Shown here: piece after piece, positions 27,015-39,200 of the stretch | Layout of the letters: each line of letters starts with the position of its first letter | How positions within the stretch are numbered: the first letter of the stretch is position 1 | Source of the DNA: Leucoraja erinacea | Taxonomy: Eukaryota | Length of the DNA: 64,000 nucleotides | Direction: 5' to 3' | Assembly: GCF_028641065.1 (NCBI RefSeq) | Contig: NC_073413.1 | Location: 10,044,001 to 10,108,000, forward strand | Notes under the pieces: model-generated | Told to the model about the DNA's origin: nothing | Database searches by the model: none | The model's input: only the letters and a program-made list of their open reading frames with translations | Program-made: the position numbers and the translations under genes

Positions 27015-27310
27015 GCGGCATGGTGGCATAGCAGTAGAGCTACTGCCTTGCAGCTGCAGGGACCCGGGTTCGATCCTGACTACGGGTGCTGTCTGTACGG
27101 AGTTTGTATGTTCTCCCCATGACTTGCGTGGGTTTTCTCCGGGTGCTCCGGTTTCCTCCCACACTGCAAAGACAGGTTTGTAGGTTAATTGGCTTGGTAT
27201 AAATGTACAAATGTAAAATTGTCCCTAGTGTGTGTATGGTAGCATAAATGTGTGCGGGGATCACTGGTCGGTGGGCTGAAGGGCCTGTTTCCACGCTGTA
27301 TCTCTAAACA
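27015..27310 (+). mobile_element. tRNA-derived V-SINE (HE1-like), representative of more than 12 copies
   Basis: B-box GGTTCGATCC, V-domain and tail; other copies near 1-115, 408-670, 13700-14000, 15765-16060, 16650-16950, 26440-26715, 29977-30470, 32325-32470, 43793-44062 and 49120-49350. Confidence 0.82.
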
Positions 27311-29024
27311 GAACTCCTTTCTGTCCTTGCCCAATCTACTAGCTGTTCCTACGTCTATCAAATTCTGAACCCTGAAGAACAGAGGCTCAGCTAAATAAAT
27401 AAAATAAAGCTTGGCATCAGAACTTCCCTCATTCCTGGTGCATTATGGTGAGTTACTGTGAGTGCATTACCGTGAGTTCATTTTAAATGATAGATGTAAA
27501 TCTATCATCTGCACATCTGATGGATGTATTAACCAAGAATTACAAAGCTGAGTCTCGTGCACATCCCCAAAGCAACTGCACCATCTGCTGAATGTTCCCT
27601 GTCATTGTAGCAGTATAATTGTCATGGGCATCGAGATACAGTGAATAAAATGAAGATCCCGGCACAAAATGTCACCTGTCTAATTCATTGTTCTTCATGT
27701 CCTGCAGAGATTCTGCCTGACCCGCTGAGTTACACCAGCACTTTGCTTTGTTTAAAAAAACAGCATCAGCAATTCCTTGTGTAGGAAGGAATTACAGATG
27801 CTGGTTTAAGCCGAAGATAGACACAAAAATGGTGGAGTAACTCAGCGGGACATGCACCATCTCTGGATAGAAGAAATGGGGTGACGTTTTGGGTCAAGAC
27901 CCTTCTTCAAAATATTATTTTGGCAATATAATTTCCCAAATTACTCATTATTCATTCTATCAAATGTCTCTGAAGAAGGGTCTCGACCCTAAAATGTCAA
28001 CCCATTCCTTCTCTGCAGATTGCTTCCTCTATCTCTGTCCCTCCCCCACCTTAGTTCTCCAACTAGTTTCACTGCCCCCCTGATTAATTTTAATGTTTGT
28101 ACGCCTCGTTGTCACCTTCCCTCAGCCAACAGTGAACCATTCCACATTCCCTTGAACATCGTCTGCTTTAATCTGCCGTTTTCACACCTTACCCTTCCAT
28201 ATCTATAGATTTCCCTCATCCCTGAGTCTGTCTGAAGGTCTCGACCCGAAATGTCACCCATTCCTTCTCTCCAGAGATGCTGCCTGCCCCGCTGAGTTAC
28301 TCCAGCATTTTGTGTCTACCTTTTTGAAATGTTTGCCTGAAGAAGGCTCCCAACGCAAAACGTCATCCATCCTTTTTCTCCAGGGATACTGCCTGACCCG
28401 CTGATTACCTCCACTCTTTGTGTTTATCTTCAGTATAAACCTGAATTTGCAGTTCTTTGCTAACTTTTTTTAATTGACTTAGTATCCACAAGTTAGCCAA
28501 TAGCCCCATCTGCAGTGCAGTGTGATTATTGGCAGCGTCAGATAGCTACATCAACCACACCAAAGGTTATGAATTTCCAGGGACTTGGAACGGAATACTT
28601 TGTCACATGTGAAACGACACAGTCAAATTCTTCGCTTGCATGCCCAAGGTATACAAATAGTTGCCCATAAACAGTGCTGGCAAAGTTACAAAACATCCCA
28701 CGCTGTCTCCTCCTTTGTTCTCCCCCCCCCCCCTCCCCCCCCCCTCCGGCCCCCCCCCCACGTCTAGTCCTCTATTGCTCATTGTTCCCCTTCCCCCCTC
28801 ATGGCCCTGCCGCACCCCCCCACTCCAGGTCCTCCAGTGTTCTACCCCCACTCCCCCTCAGGGCGTTTCACCCACCGCCCTCATCAACCGCGGGTCTCGT
28901 GAGGCTCCACCGCTGCCGAGAGACCGCCATGAGACGCCACCGCCACGAGACGCCACCGCCATGAGACGCCACCGCCGTCACGAGGCTCCACCGCCTCCGA
29001 GGCCCCTCTGCTGCGACGCTTCTT

Positions 29025-29638
29025 CTATTCTTGCTATTGAGGGAGTGCAGCGTAGGTTTACAAAGTTAATTCCCGGGATGGCGGGACTGTCATATGCTGA
29101 GAGAATGGAGCAGCTGGGCCTGTACACTCTGGAGTTTAGAAGGATGAGAGGAGATCTCATTGAAACATATAAGATTGTTAAGGGTTTGGACACGCTAGAG
29201 GCAGGAAACATGTTCCCGATGTTGGGGGAGTCCAGAACCAGGGGCCACAGTTTAAGAATAAGAGTAAGCCATTTAGAACGGAGACGAGGAAACACTTTTT
29301 CCTCACAGAGAGTGGTGAATCTGTGGAATTCTCTGCCTCAGGGGGCAGTGGAGGCACGTTCTCTGGATACTTTCAAGAGAGAGCTAGATAGGGCTCTTAA
29401 AAATAGCGGTCAGGGGATATGGGGAGAAGGCAGGAACGGGGTACTGATTGGGGATGATGAGCCATGATCACATTGAATGCTCCGCTATTTTTAAGAGCCC
29501 TATCTAGCTCTCTCTTGAAAGCATCCAGAGAACCTGCCTCCACCGCCCTCTGAGGCAGTGAATTCCACAGACTCACCAGTCTCTGTGAGAAAAACTGTTT
29601 CCTCGTCTCCGTTCTAAATGGCTTACTCCGTATTCTTA
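29025..29638 (+). mobile_element. CR1 fragment followed by an inverted CR1 fragment
   Basis: [18 protein letters not shown]..; 29482-29638 is approximately the reverse complement of 29252-29409. Confidence 0.82.
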
Positions 29639-30139
29639 ATTAAGGATAGGAAATATGTGTAAAGGCCTTGTCAGTGGTATGACATCTTAAAAACACAAGC
29701 AAAAGTCGCTTTAACTTCATACACCTTCTCTGTCTGATGTATTTTTTTGTTTGCCTTCCAGCTATAACAATGTTGTGTTTTGTTATTCCCAGAGCTCCAT
29801 TTTTAAGTTTCACTGTAAGATACAAATCTTACCTCTTGTATATATTCAGACTCCAGGCGATGTGTTGGTGAGGGACACAACATGTGAATCCTGCACAGAA
29901 TAAAATGGAACAGAATATATCACAATATATCATATATTGGGTGAACAATACTATTTACACAACGTGCTAGAGGAAGGCGGCACAATGGTGCAGTGGTAGA
30001 GTTGCTGCCTTATAGCGCCACAGGCCCAGGTTTGATCCTGACTACAGGAGCTTGACTATACAGAGTTTGTACGTTCTCCCCGTGACTTGCGCGGGTTTTC
30101 TCCAAGATCTTCAGTTTCCTCCCACACTCCAGGTTTGTA

Positions 30140-30337
30140 AAACTGCAGATGCTGGTTTAAATCAAAGGTAGACACAAAATGCTGGAGTAACTCAGCGGGA
30201 CAGGCAGCATCTCTGGAGAGAAGGAATGGGTGACGTTTCAGTCTGAAGAAGGGTCTTGTCCCGAAACGCCACCCATTCCTTCTCTCCAGAGACGCTGCCT
30301 GTCCCACTGGGTTACTCCAGCATTTTGTGTCTACCTC
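30140..30337. mobile_element. Palindromic Penelope-derived element nested in a V-SINE
   Basis: Inverted arms; flanked by duplicated CAGGTTTGTA. Confidence 0.75.
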
Positions 30338-31747
30338 AGGTTTGTAGGCTAATTGGCTTGGTATAAATGTAAATTGTCCCTAGCGTGTGTAGGGTAATGT
30401 TAGTGTGCGGGGACTGCTGGTCAGCACGGACTTGGTGGGCCGATGGGCCTGTTTCCGTGCTGAGTCTCTGAATGAAAGTAAAAATAAACTCAGCATCTCG
30501 GGGGTCAGGCAGCATCTCTGGAGAATAAGGATGGGTGCCGTTTCGTGTTGGGACCCTTCATCAGACTGAAAGAAGTGTGGGGAGTAACTGGAGATAAGAA
30601 AAGGCCAGAACAAAACAGGGCGGGAACAGATGACCATGGAAGGGTGGAGCCCATATTAGCCCATTGTGGGCTGGGAGTGATAACAAAGAGACACAGGGAT
30701 GCAAACAGGAGAACTTGTAGGATGACTGAGGTGGGGGAGTGGGGGAAGAGAGAGAATGCAGGGGTTTCTTGAAATTAGAGATTAATATTCATACTGCTGG
30801 GTTGTAAGCTGCACAACGAAATATGAGTAAGAAAGAACTACAGATGCTGATTTAAATCGAAGGTAGACACTTGGGTTTCGGGTCGAGACCCTTGCGTCTC
30901 GACCCGAAACATCGCCCATTCCTTCTCTCCGGAGATGCTGCCTGACCCGCTGAGTTACTCCAGCATTTTGTGTCTACCAACAAAATGTGAGGTTCTGTTC
31001 CTCCAATTTGCATGTGGCCTGACTCTAACAGTGGAGGAGGCCCAGGACAGAAATGTCAGTATGGGAATGGGAAGGGAAGTTAAAATGTTGGGAAACGAGG
31101 AGATCACATAAGCCAAGGCAGGCATGAGTAGGAATACATTGGGTCTGAAGATGGATCCCGACCCTAAATGTCACCTATCCATGTCCTCCGGAAATGCTGG
31201 CTGACCCACTGAGTTGCTTTGTTTTTCACTCAAGATGCCAACATCTGCAGTTCCTTGTGTTTTAGTCTTATGCAAAGTTCATAGTAGTTCAGTGGTGAGG
31301 TTGGGTTGGGGGTTACGATAAAGATCACAACGTATTATTGCAAAACTGCGTAAAAATCTAAATTGGTGCATGACACTTGGACAGCTAGACATCATCTTGG
31401 GAGGACACGGATAGATGATATTTCAGCTTGGGACCCTTCTTCAGACTGATTGTAGTAGAGGTACATGGATGGTTTGGAGGGCTACGGGTCAAATGCAGCA
31501 GACAAATGGGACTGGCTTAGATGGGCACCTTGGTCAGAATGGACGAGTTGGGCTGAAAGGCTTCTTTCCACGCTGTATGGCTGTATGACCAACTATACTG
31601 CAGATGGAGGTCAATTCACTGGATGTTTTCAAGAGCTCTTGTGCACACGAAGCACAACGCCATTGTATGTAGATGCCGAGAAGTGGGTCCAACTCTGGCT
31701 GCACAGTTTTTAATCTTACGATGTGGACTCAATAAGACTCCAGTATA

Positions 31748-32165
31748 GGGTGATTTCACCAAAGGTCAAATGAGCGTAGATCCCCCCTCACGTGACCGAA
31801 AATTTTAACTGGAGGACATCTCTCAGTTTGGTACATGTAAGTGAATGGGGAAACACACACTTTCCCACCCGTTAAAAACATGGTAAACGGCCGATATTTG
31901 AGCTGAAATTTTCTGTGCTAGTCGGGGTGACCGTGAAGCACAGCGACCTAAATTTTCAGGCAAAAAAAAAGATAGAAAGTAAGGTAATTACAAGAGGGAA
32001 CTGAAGGTAGAAAGCGGCGGAAGTGAACAGCTGACAATTGCCGTGGTGATTTTAAGATCCAAAATATCGGGAATTATCGCGTTTGCTTGCTGAATTTCAT
32101 CAAAAGTAAGGCATTATTAACTTGAGGGGGGATCTACGCTCATTTGACCTTTGGTGAAATCACCC
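31748..32165. mobile_element. Non-autonomous DNA transposon (MITE) with perfect 43-bp TIRs
   Basis: GGGTGATTTCACCAAAGGTCAAATGAGCGTAGATCCCCCCTCA at 31748-31790 is the reverse complement of 32123-32165; TA on both flanks. Confidence 0.88.
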
Positions 32166-32482
32166 TATTTCGTGTCTATCTGGAGGGTCCGTTCTCCAGC
32201 TTCGTAATGCTTCTAGCAGAACAAAAGCATGGAAGATCTTAGGTTAAATCTTCGGTTGCATCTGCAGTTCCTCCCAACGTAAACGCACAGAAGAAAAACT
32301 TCTGGGCTAGCGGTGCTTCGGAGGTGCGAGGCACGGTGGGGCAGCCGGTAGAGTTGCTGCCTCGCGACGCCGGTGTCCCGGGTTGGATCCTGTTGCTGTC
32401 TGTGAGGAGTTGGCACGTTCTCCCCCGAACCGCGTGGGTTTCCTCCGGGTGCTCCCCTCCTCCTTCTCCTCCCGGTTTCCCT

Positions 32483-32750
32483 CCAATCAGAATGCACCGT
32501 TGTCGTGCCCTCATGCGTCATTGGACGGTGTGCAGGGACCAATCAGAACGGTGCGTTTCTCTCAGCTTCCCATTGGACCAGCGGCCAATCGAAGGGCGGC
32601 GATGATGGAGGACGCGGCCAATGGGAGAGGAGCTGTGCGTTAATTGGCCGTTGGTCGTGTTGCCGGGGGGGAATGGAGCAATCGGGAGCGAGGGAAGCGT
32701 CTGGGATTAGCCAATGGGAAGAGAGAGATTCAAAACGGACGGCGGTTGAA
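32483..32750 (+). promoter_or_regulatory. DLGAP5 promoter: CCAAT/NF-Y cluster plus CHR and MYB-like sites, in a CpG island
   Basis: CCAAT or ATTGG at 32483, 32520, 32539, 32572, 32585, 32618, 32643 and 32711; TTCAAA (reverse-complement CHR TTTGAA) at 32729-32734; AACGG and CGGTTG nearby; CpG-rich through exon 1. Confidence 0.75.
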
Positions 32751-32845
32751 AACAAACGTCACCCATTCCTTCTCATCGTTGATTCTGTTGGCGATCCCCC
32801 GCTCGCGAGGTTCGCTCTGCCCGGTCCGCCTCACCCTCGGCCGCC

Positions 32846-33071
32846 CGAAGCCCGGAGAGTCGTGACCCGAGTCCCCCCGAAGCCCCGAGAGTCGAGACCC
32901 GACACCCCCGAAGCCCGGAGAGTCGTGACCCGAGTCCCCCCGAAGCCCTGAGAGTCTGGCCCCGACACCCCCGAAGCCCCAAGAGTCGTGACCCGAGTCC
33001 CCCCGAAGCCCTGAGAGTCGTGACCCGAGTCCCCCCGAAGCTCTGACATTCGAGACCCGAGTCCCCCGAAG
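32846..33071. repeat. 31/32-bp minisatellite, ~7 copies
   Basis: Units CGAAGCCC..AGAGTCGTGACCCGAGTCCCCC start at 32846, 32878, 32909, 32941, 32972, 33004, 33036 and (partial) 33067. Confidence 0.9.
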
Positions 33072-33090
33072 AAGAGGAGCCGTCGCCGCC

Positions 33091-33262
33091 ATGGAGGCCG
33101 CGGGCAGCCGCTTCGCCGAGCGCTACAAGACGGCGGGCCTGAACACCGAGGCGCTGCGGGTGAAGCGCGCCCGCCGCCGCTCCGTCGCCCAGAAGGAGAA
33201 CCGCCAGGTCGCCTTCCGCAAGAGCCGCCGCTTCGAGCCGCCCGTCCTCGAGGAAGCCGCGG
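33091..33262 (+). CDS. DLGAP5: DLGAP5 coding exon 1
   Basis: Kozak GCCGCCATGG; [28 protein letters not shown]; donor G|GTGAGG, phase 1. Confidence 0.9.
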
Positions 33263-36200
33263 GTGAGGGAGGGAGGGGAGCCGCGGTGGTGGTGGTGTTG
33301 GTGGGAGGTAGTTGGGTTGGTGGAGGGAGGGAGGGAGGGGAGCCGCGGTTGTGGTGGGAGGTAGTTGGGTGAGTGGAGGGAGGAGGAAGGAGAAGGTGGG
33401 AGGGACAAGGAGGGTGGTGGGGGAAGGAGGGGTGGTGGGGAAGGAAGAGGGGAGAATTACATAGAAAATAGGTGCAGGAGGAGGCCATTCGGCCCTTCGA
33501 CATTCATTGTGATCATGGCTGATCGTCCCCTATCAATAACCCGTGCCTGCCTTCTCCCCTTATCCCTTAATTCCACTAGCCCCTAGAGTTCTATCTAACT
33601 CTCTCTTAAATCCATCCAGTTGGGAGCGGGTGATATTTGGGATGGGAAGGCAGTGGTGGGTTGGAGTGGATATTTAAGCAGAAGGAGCTGGGGGGTGGGA
33701 GGGAGAAGTGGGTGGAGGGGGTAGTTGGGGAAGGAGTGGTGGGGAGTGGGTGATGTTTGGGAAAGGAGGATAGTTTGTTTGTTGTCTTTTTGCACAAACT
33801 CTGCGAGCATTGCCACTTTTCATTTCACTGCACATCTCGTATGTGTAGGTGACAAATAAACTTGACTTGATAGTGGTGGGTGGGAGTGGATTTCTGAGCG
33901 ATTATGAGAGTTAATGTGCAAGACTCTGAAGAGAGGTTACTCATCCAGGCAGGAACTGCACATTCAAGCCTCCCATTCGCTATCTTTTCTTGCAACTGGT
34001 TTGCAAGAAAAGATAGTGTTGGAGTAATTCAGCAGATCAGGCTACATCTCTAGAGAATGTGGATAATTTAGACGTTGTCCCTTCTGACTGACCCAATCAA
34101 TCCCATGTTCTCCATATGTGCGGTGTGACCTGCTAAATTATAGACTATTATAGTGCGGTGTGACTATAGATTCCTGCTGAATTAATCTGGTACTTTGTCT
34201 TTAATTATCAAAACATCTTGGGCTTCAAACTGGGCAATTAGAATGTGGATTTGAGATTTTGGGCAAACGATACAAGGAAGATGTGAACGCTTTTCGATGC
34301 AGCAAGTCCTGGAATTTGATGCTCATGAATATGTTGGAAGTGGTGATGGTCTAAGATTTCGTATAGAAATTAGGTAGGCACTTGAAGGATATAATTTTGA
34401 GGCTAGGGTTATCAAGTGGGGGAATGGGCTAATTGGATATCTCTGCAGATAGCAAATTAAGCTTGGTTCTGATGGGTTTCATGCCCTCTATACTGACAAA
34501 AATTATAGATGAGTATGAATGGGTTCTTCATTCTGTACCAGATTTTTGATCCAATTCGGCACCTTGCAGGATTCTAGACAAAGCCTAAGGTGTTGCCATG
34601 TCTCATATTTCAAAGGTACTGATTGTGGTGTTCTGCTCTGTTCCTTTATCTCTTTTGCCATTTATAGCAAAGTGAAAAAGTCTTGTCTCCTACAGTACTG
34701 TATGCAGAAGAACCTTTTAATTTTTAAGGCTTGTGTTGCTTAATCTTCTTGCATTTGTAGAACCCTGCCCAGTTAAGGAGACGGCAGCAGCTTCTCGCCT
34801 GGCGATGCTGCAACGTTACAAGGAGGAAAAGGCCCTCCGGAAATTGAAAGAGCAACGCGAGAACCACAAACCTGTCTTTCGGGTTGGGGTTTATAGGCCA
34901 GACCTGATCCCATTCCGGGATTTAAAACCTCTGCCACCAAAATCCAAAGAGAAGGTAAGGTGTTCATGCATTGGAGCTACGCTGCAAATGTAGTCGTATG
35001 CTGCGGCTCGTGGGAGGATGGTGGTGCTTGCCTTGGGTTCAATGATTGGAATGGCCATTCATGCTGTGTGACTGAGAATTAGTGGCATTGCATCAAAGAT
35101 AGAATGTATAAAGGAAAGGTAATGGTAGCTTTGGAGAGAATGATGTTAGAAAGGACTCCTTGAAAGTCTGTGAACATCAGCACAGAGGCAAAGTACAGCT
35201 TGTTGACTCGGTTACAACTGATAAGAACCAAGGAAAAATTGAACAAACCTTTGATGGTACGAAGGTAATACCACCTCAATGATCCAACAGTGTAAATGAG
35301 TGTTAAATGATTGAAGTGCCATCTATGCTGTGTGACATTGCTTCATATGCTGGGTGATATTGCTTCAAAGACAGAATGTATAAAGGAAAGGTCATGGTAG
35401 CTTTGGGGAGAATTATGTATTAGCTCAGTTCATCAGTTATAGGAGCAGAATTAGGCCATTCAGCACTTCAAGTCTACTCTGCTATTCAATCATGGGTGAT
35501 CTGTCTCAAACCCATTCTTCTGCCTTCATCCCATAACACATGACATCCTTGAAGTTGTTGTGGGGAGAAGATTGTCGATGGGTGTTATCTTTCCATGTTT
35601 CCAAAAATGTACAAGTTCTTCCAATGGAATTGTTGGCTGATGTCTGCATGATGGTTTGTGCGGTGAGCAGATTTGGATGGCAAGATCTTGGAAGGAATGC
35701 ATTGATGTACCCAAAAACCCCTGGTATAAATTAATGTCCACAATTATTGAAAATAATGTTCCATTCCCTTTGACGACTAAGGATATGATCTAAAAGTAGT
35801 TGTTGGCTTTTCAATACAGTACAATAGAATACAATGAACCTTATTTTTCCGCTAGGAACTTTGGTTTCTGCAGCCATGCAACAAAAGAAACAATTTTACA
35901 AGACACACAACCATCCATCAGAGTGAATATCCTCCTCACTGTGATGGAAGGCAAAGACCTGTCGGAAGTGAAGTTAGCAAACACTTGTATGCCGAGGATG
36001 GTACAAGTTTAAAGTTTTCTCCAAAGCAAATGATGGTTGATGCTGCTTCAAATGTTAATTATAACCAAGGGTGATCATTTTGGTCCATTATTGAGGATGT
36101 AAAGGAAAGCTAACAGCTCAATAAATCATAGAATTTGCTCGTTCAGATGGTGTACTTATTTGACCTTACTTGTCCAATTCCCGTTGCACTTCAAGTTGAA

Positions 36201-39200
36201 GTGAGGCAAATAAGGTTTGCACAAAGAATATAGGCAATTGGAACAAAATGTGGTCTTTGGTGTTTCACAGTTTTCCTACTCGGTAATAAAGATCCGGAGA
36301 GTGCCAGAAACAAAGAATGCCAACATTCTCCTTTTATAATTACTGCATTCACTTGAGTTATTTTTAGGAATTAATTGGATGGTTCCTAGATGTGTATTTA
36401 GTTTGCTTATTGTGGTCTCTGCAATTTGAGTCTAACCAGCTGTTGATTTTTCAGTTTATTTGCAGTATGGCTCACATTACAGGTCCAGTGTATATTAGCA
36501 ATTCTAAAACTGCATTTCAATATAACGAGACTAGATTTGGATGCAAATTTGTTGAAAACTTGTTATTGAACCTGTGTTTGAAGATCATTTAGCACAAGGG
36601 ATAAATTACCTTTCATTAGCAATGTGTACACATTGTTAATGATTAAATGAAGCAGAGTTGCTATTTACTTTGTAATTGTAATTTGTTCGTTTTTTTTCAG
36701 GCTACATTGCCATCTACTGAAATGAGGGTAACAAGATCAATGGCAAAAAATGTGCCTAAGGCAGCAATGGGGCCTGGACTTGTAGCTCCAAAGGTAAAGG
36801 TTTATCAAAAAGATGGGGCTCTTGCGACTTCTGATGTTGCTGTTCAGTTTGGAAATTTCTCAGTTAATGTCCCTGAACATTACATAGATTACAGTATGGT
36901 TGATATGGCTTTAGTGAAAGAAAAATGAGTTGAATAGGACCATTAACTCATAAATGATAGAAGCAGAATTAGGCCCATCAAGCCTACTCTGCCATTCAAT
37001 CATGGCTGATCTATCTCTCGTACCTAATCCCATTCTCCTGCCTTCTCCCCATAACCCCTGACTCCCGTAACAATCAAGAATCTATCTATTTAGACACTTG
37101 TACTAATCAAGATATGGGTGTTTGGGTGAGACATTAGGGTGTTTGGATTAAATGATTTGACTTTTTCACATGAATTTCATTTAAGACACAATCCCAACAG
37201 GATTTTTTTTTTAATCAGTGGCTAGTGAGAATAATTCGTACATTGATTTTCATCCTTAAAATGAGGGAGAGGAGATGTTCTGGAATGGGTCCTATAGATT
37301 AGAGGGTTGTAAACGTGATCCTATGGCGCCTTCACGCCCACGTTGGTTTTGCATACAGCCTGTTACTGCTGACGACTCGCCAGTAGCCTCAAGAGAAGGT
37401 CCACCCACAAGAGCTCAATAACAACTGCAAGCTCAGGTGCACTAATTGGCCTTATCTGAACACGGGTTATGATTGGTAAGGATGTCGTTGGTAAGGATCT
37501 CAGCTAAGTGTCGTTTGTTCTTTGCCTTCTGTCGTGGGATTTAGTAGATTCTACTACAATCCCACTATTTAAGAAAGGGGGACGAAAGTAGAATTCAAGC
37601 CTGTAGTTTAAGAAATTGCTAGGACCAACGATGTGATTAAAAAGAGAATGAATAACGACAATATTAGCATAGATTTATGTCAGGAAAATCATGGTTCACT
37701 AATTTACGTTCTGACAATGTGACATGGAGTAGATTAAATTAATCCAGTAGATCTGGTGAATATAGATGGCTTTGTGGTATAAGGCTAGAATACTTGGAAT
37801 TAAGCATAGATCACCATGGATTGAAAATGCTCTCCCTGGCTGAGTAATTTAGAACTAGGAATTGGAGTCGGAACATGAAGTATGCCTGAGGGTTGCGATG
37901 GAAATATTTGTATTCTGGCTGAATCTTTTGAGTTATCCTACCCAGTCATTGAATTCATTCAAACCAGCTATTGTTGGGGTTCTCTTTAAGAGAGTAAAGG
38001 GTTATGAGAAGAGTACAGTAGATGGATCTTGCTAGATTGTCTGTGATCTTGTTGAAGGGGCTGAGGGGCTGAATGCCACTAATTTGATTCTTCGCTGTTT
38101 CACACAGGTAAGCCAAGTCAAATCCAATATGGCCAGTAACAAGGGGAATTGTACAGTGGCCGTGGGAACCAGAAGTCAACAACAAGGAGCAATTCAAAAG
38201 ACAGGGACAAAAGTGCCAGCTGCAAGGAAGAAAGAAGGTAAGGGTTTCTTTTTTATTGTTGGGGCTGTTGCAGGAGAAACTGTCTTATCTTGCATTCTTT
38301 AAATGAGTGAGGTTGCTGGGGTGTTGAGATAAGTTTAAAGTATTTCAAATATTCACTTCTGACTGGCAATTGCACACTAAGTAACATTTACATTGATTTT
38401 CGCAGTCCATCAAAATCAAATGTTCTGACTTTTTAAATTGATATGCAATTATTGATTACCGTGCCAAAAAGCTCTTACCTTTTGCTTGTCCACAAATTCA
38501 AAGCATGCATTAATTAGGATTAAGTGCATTAAATTGGATGGGCGATTGTAAATGCAGGGTTTCAAACTGATTTTCGTCCTCTGCTACTTGTCAAGAAGCA
38601 GAAGTCGAGTCGCCATCGTACCGCACTCATATGGGCCCTTTGGTCCACTATGTTTACCCGGTTTCCTTTGCCCACTTTCAATAGTCCCATTTCTTGCGTT
38701 TGGCCTGCATCCTTCTATACAAAGCTGCAAACAGTGCAAGTGTGGCCTAACCTGTGTTTTGTAAAGTTGTCCAACTTTTCTATTCTGCCTAGCGTATGAA
38801 GTCAAGAATGCCATATGCTACCTATAACCCCGTCTCCATTTGTGTTGCCACTGTCTGGGAAGTATGGACTGCAACGCCCCTCTGTTCTTCGACATTCCAC
38901 TGCCCTGTCAGGTGGAATTTTATTGCAACAAATGTGGTTAAAGCTATGCCCGTTGAATTTTCATCCTGAGCAAAAGGTTCTGTCTACCCTATCTATGTTT
39001 CCCACAATTGTGTATATATCAATTGGGTTTCCCCTCAGCCTCTGACAATCGGGAGAACACAATCCAAATTTGTCCAACCTTACATCTAAAATCCACTAAT
39101 CCAGCCTGACCAATGAAGCAAGCATGCCATACCCCTTCATTCCACTATCTACTTTTGTGCCACGTTCAGAGCAATGACGTGGACCCCAAGATCCTTCTGT

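Noticed and set aside
27015-27085. tRNA gene
   Set aside because: The tRNA-like head continues into a V-domain and LINE tail; it is a SINE present in many decayed copies.
28661-29467. 268-aa proline-rich ORF
   Set aside because: C-rich low-complexity sequence fused by chance to a CR1 ORF2 remnant.
32846-33071. CRISPR-like periodic ~32-bp repeats
   Set aside because: Units are contiguous with no unique spacers, there are no cas genes and the context is eukaryotic; it is a minisatellite.
32505-33408. Overlapping ORFs around the promoter on both strands
   Set aside because: Products of GC-rich tandem repeats and antisense shadows of exon 1.
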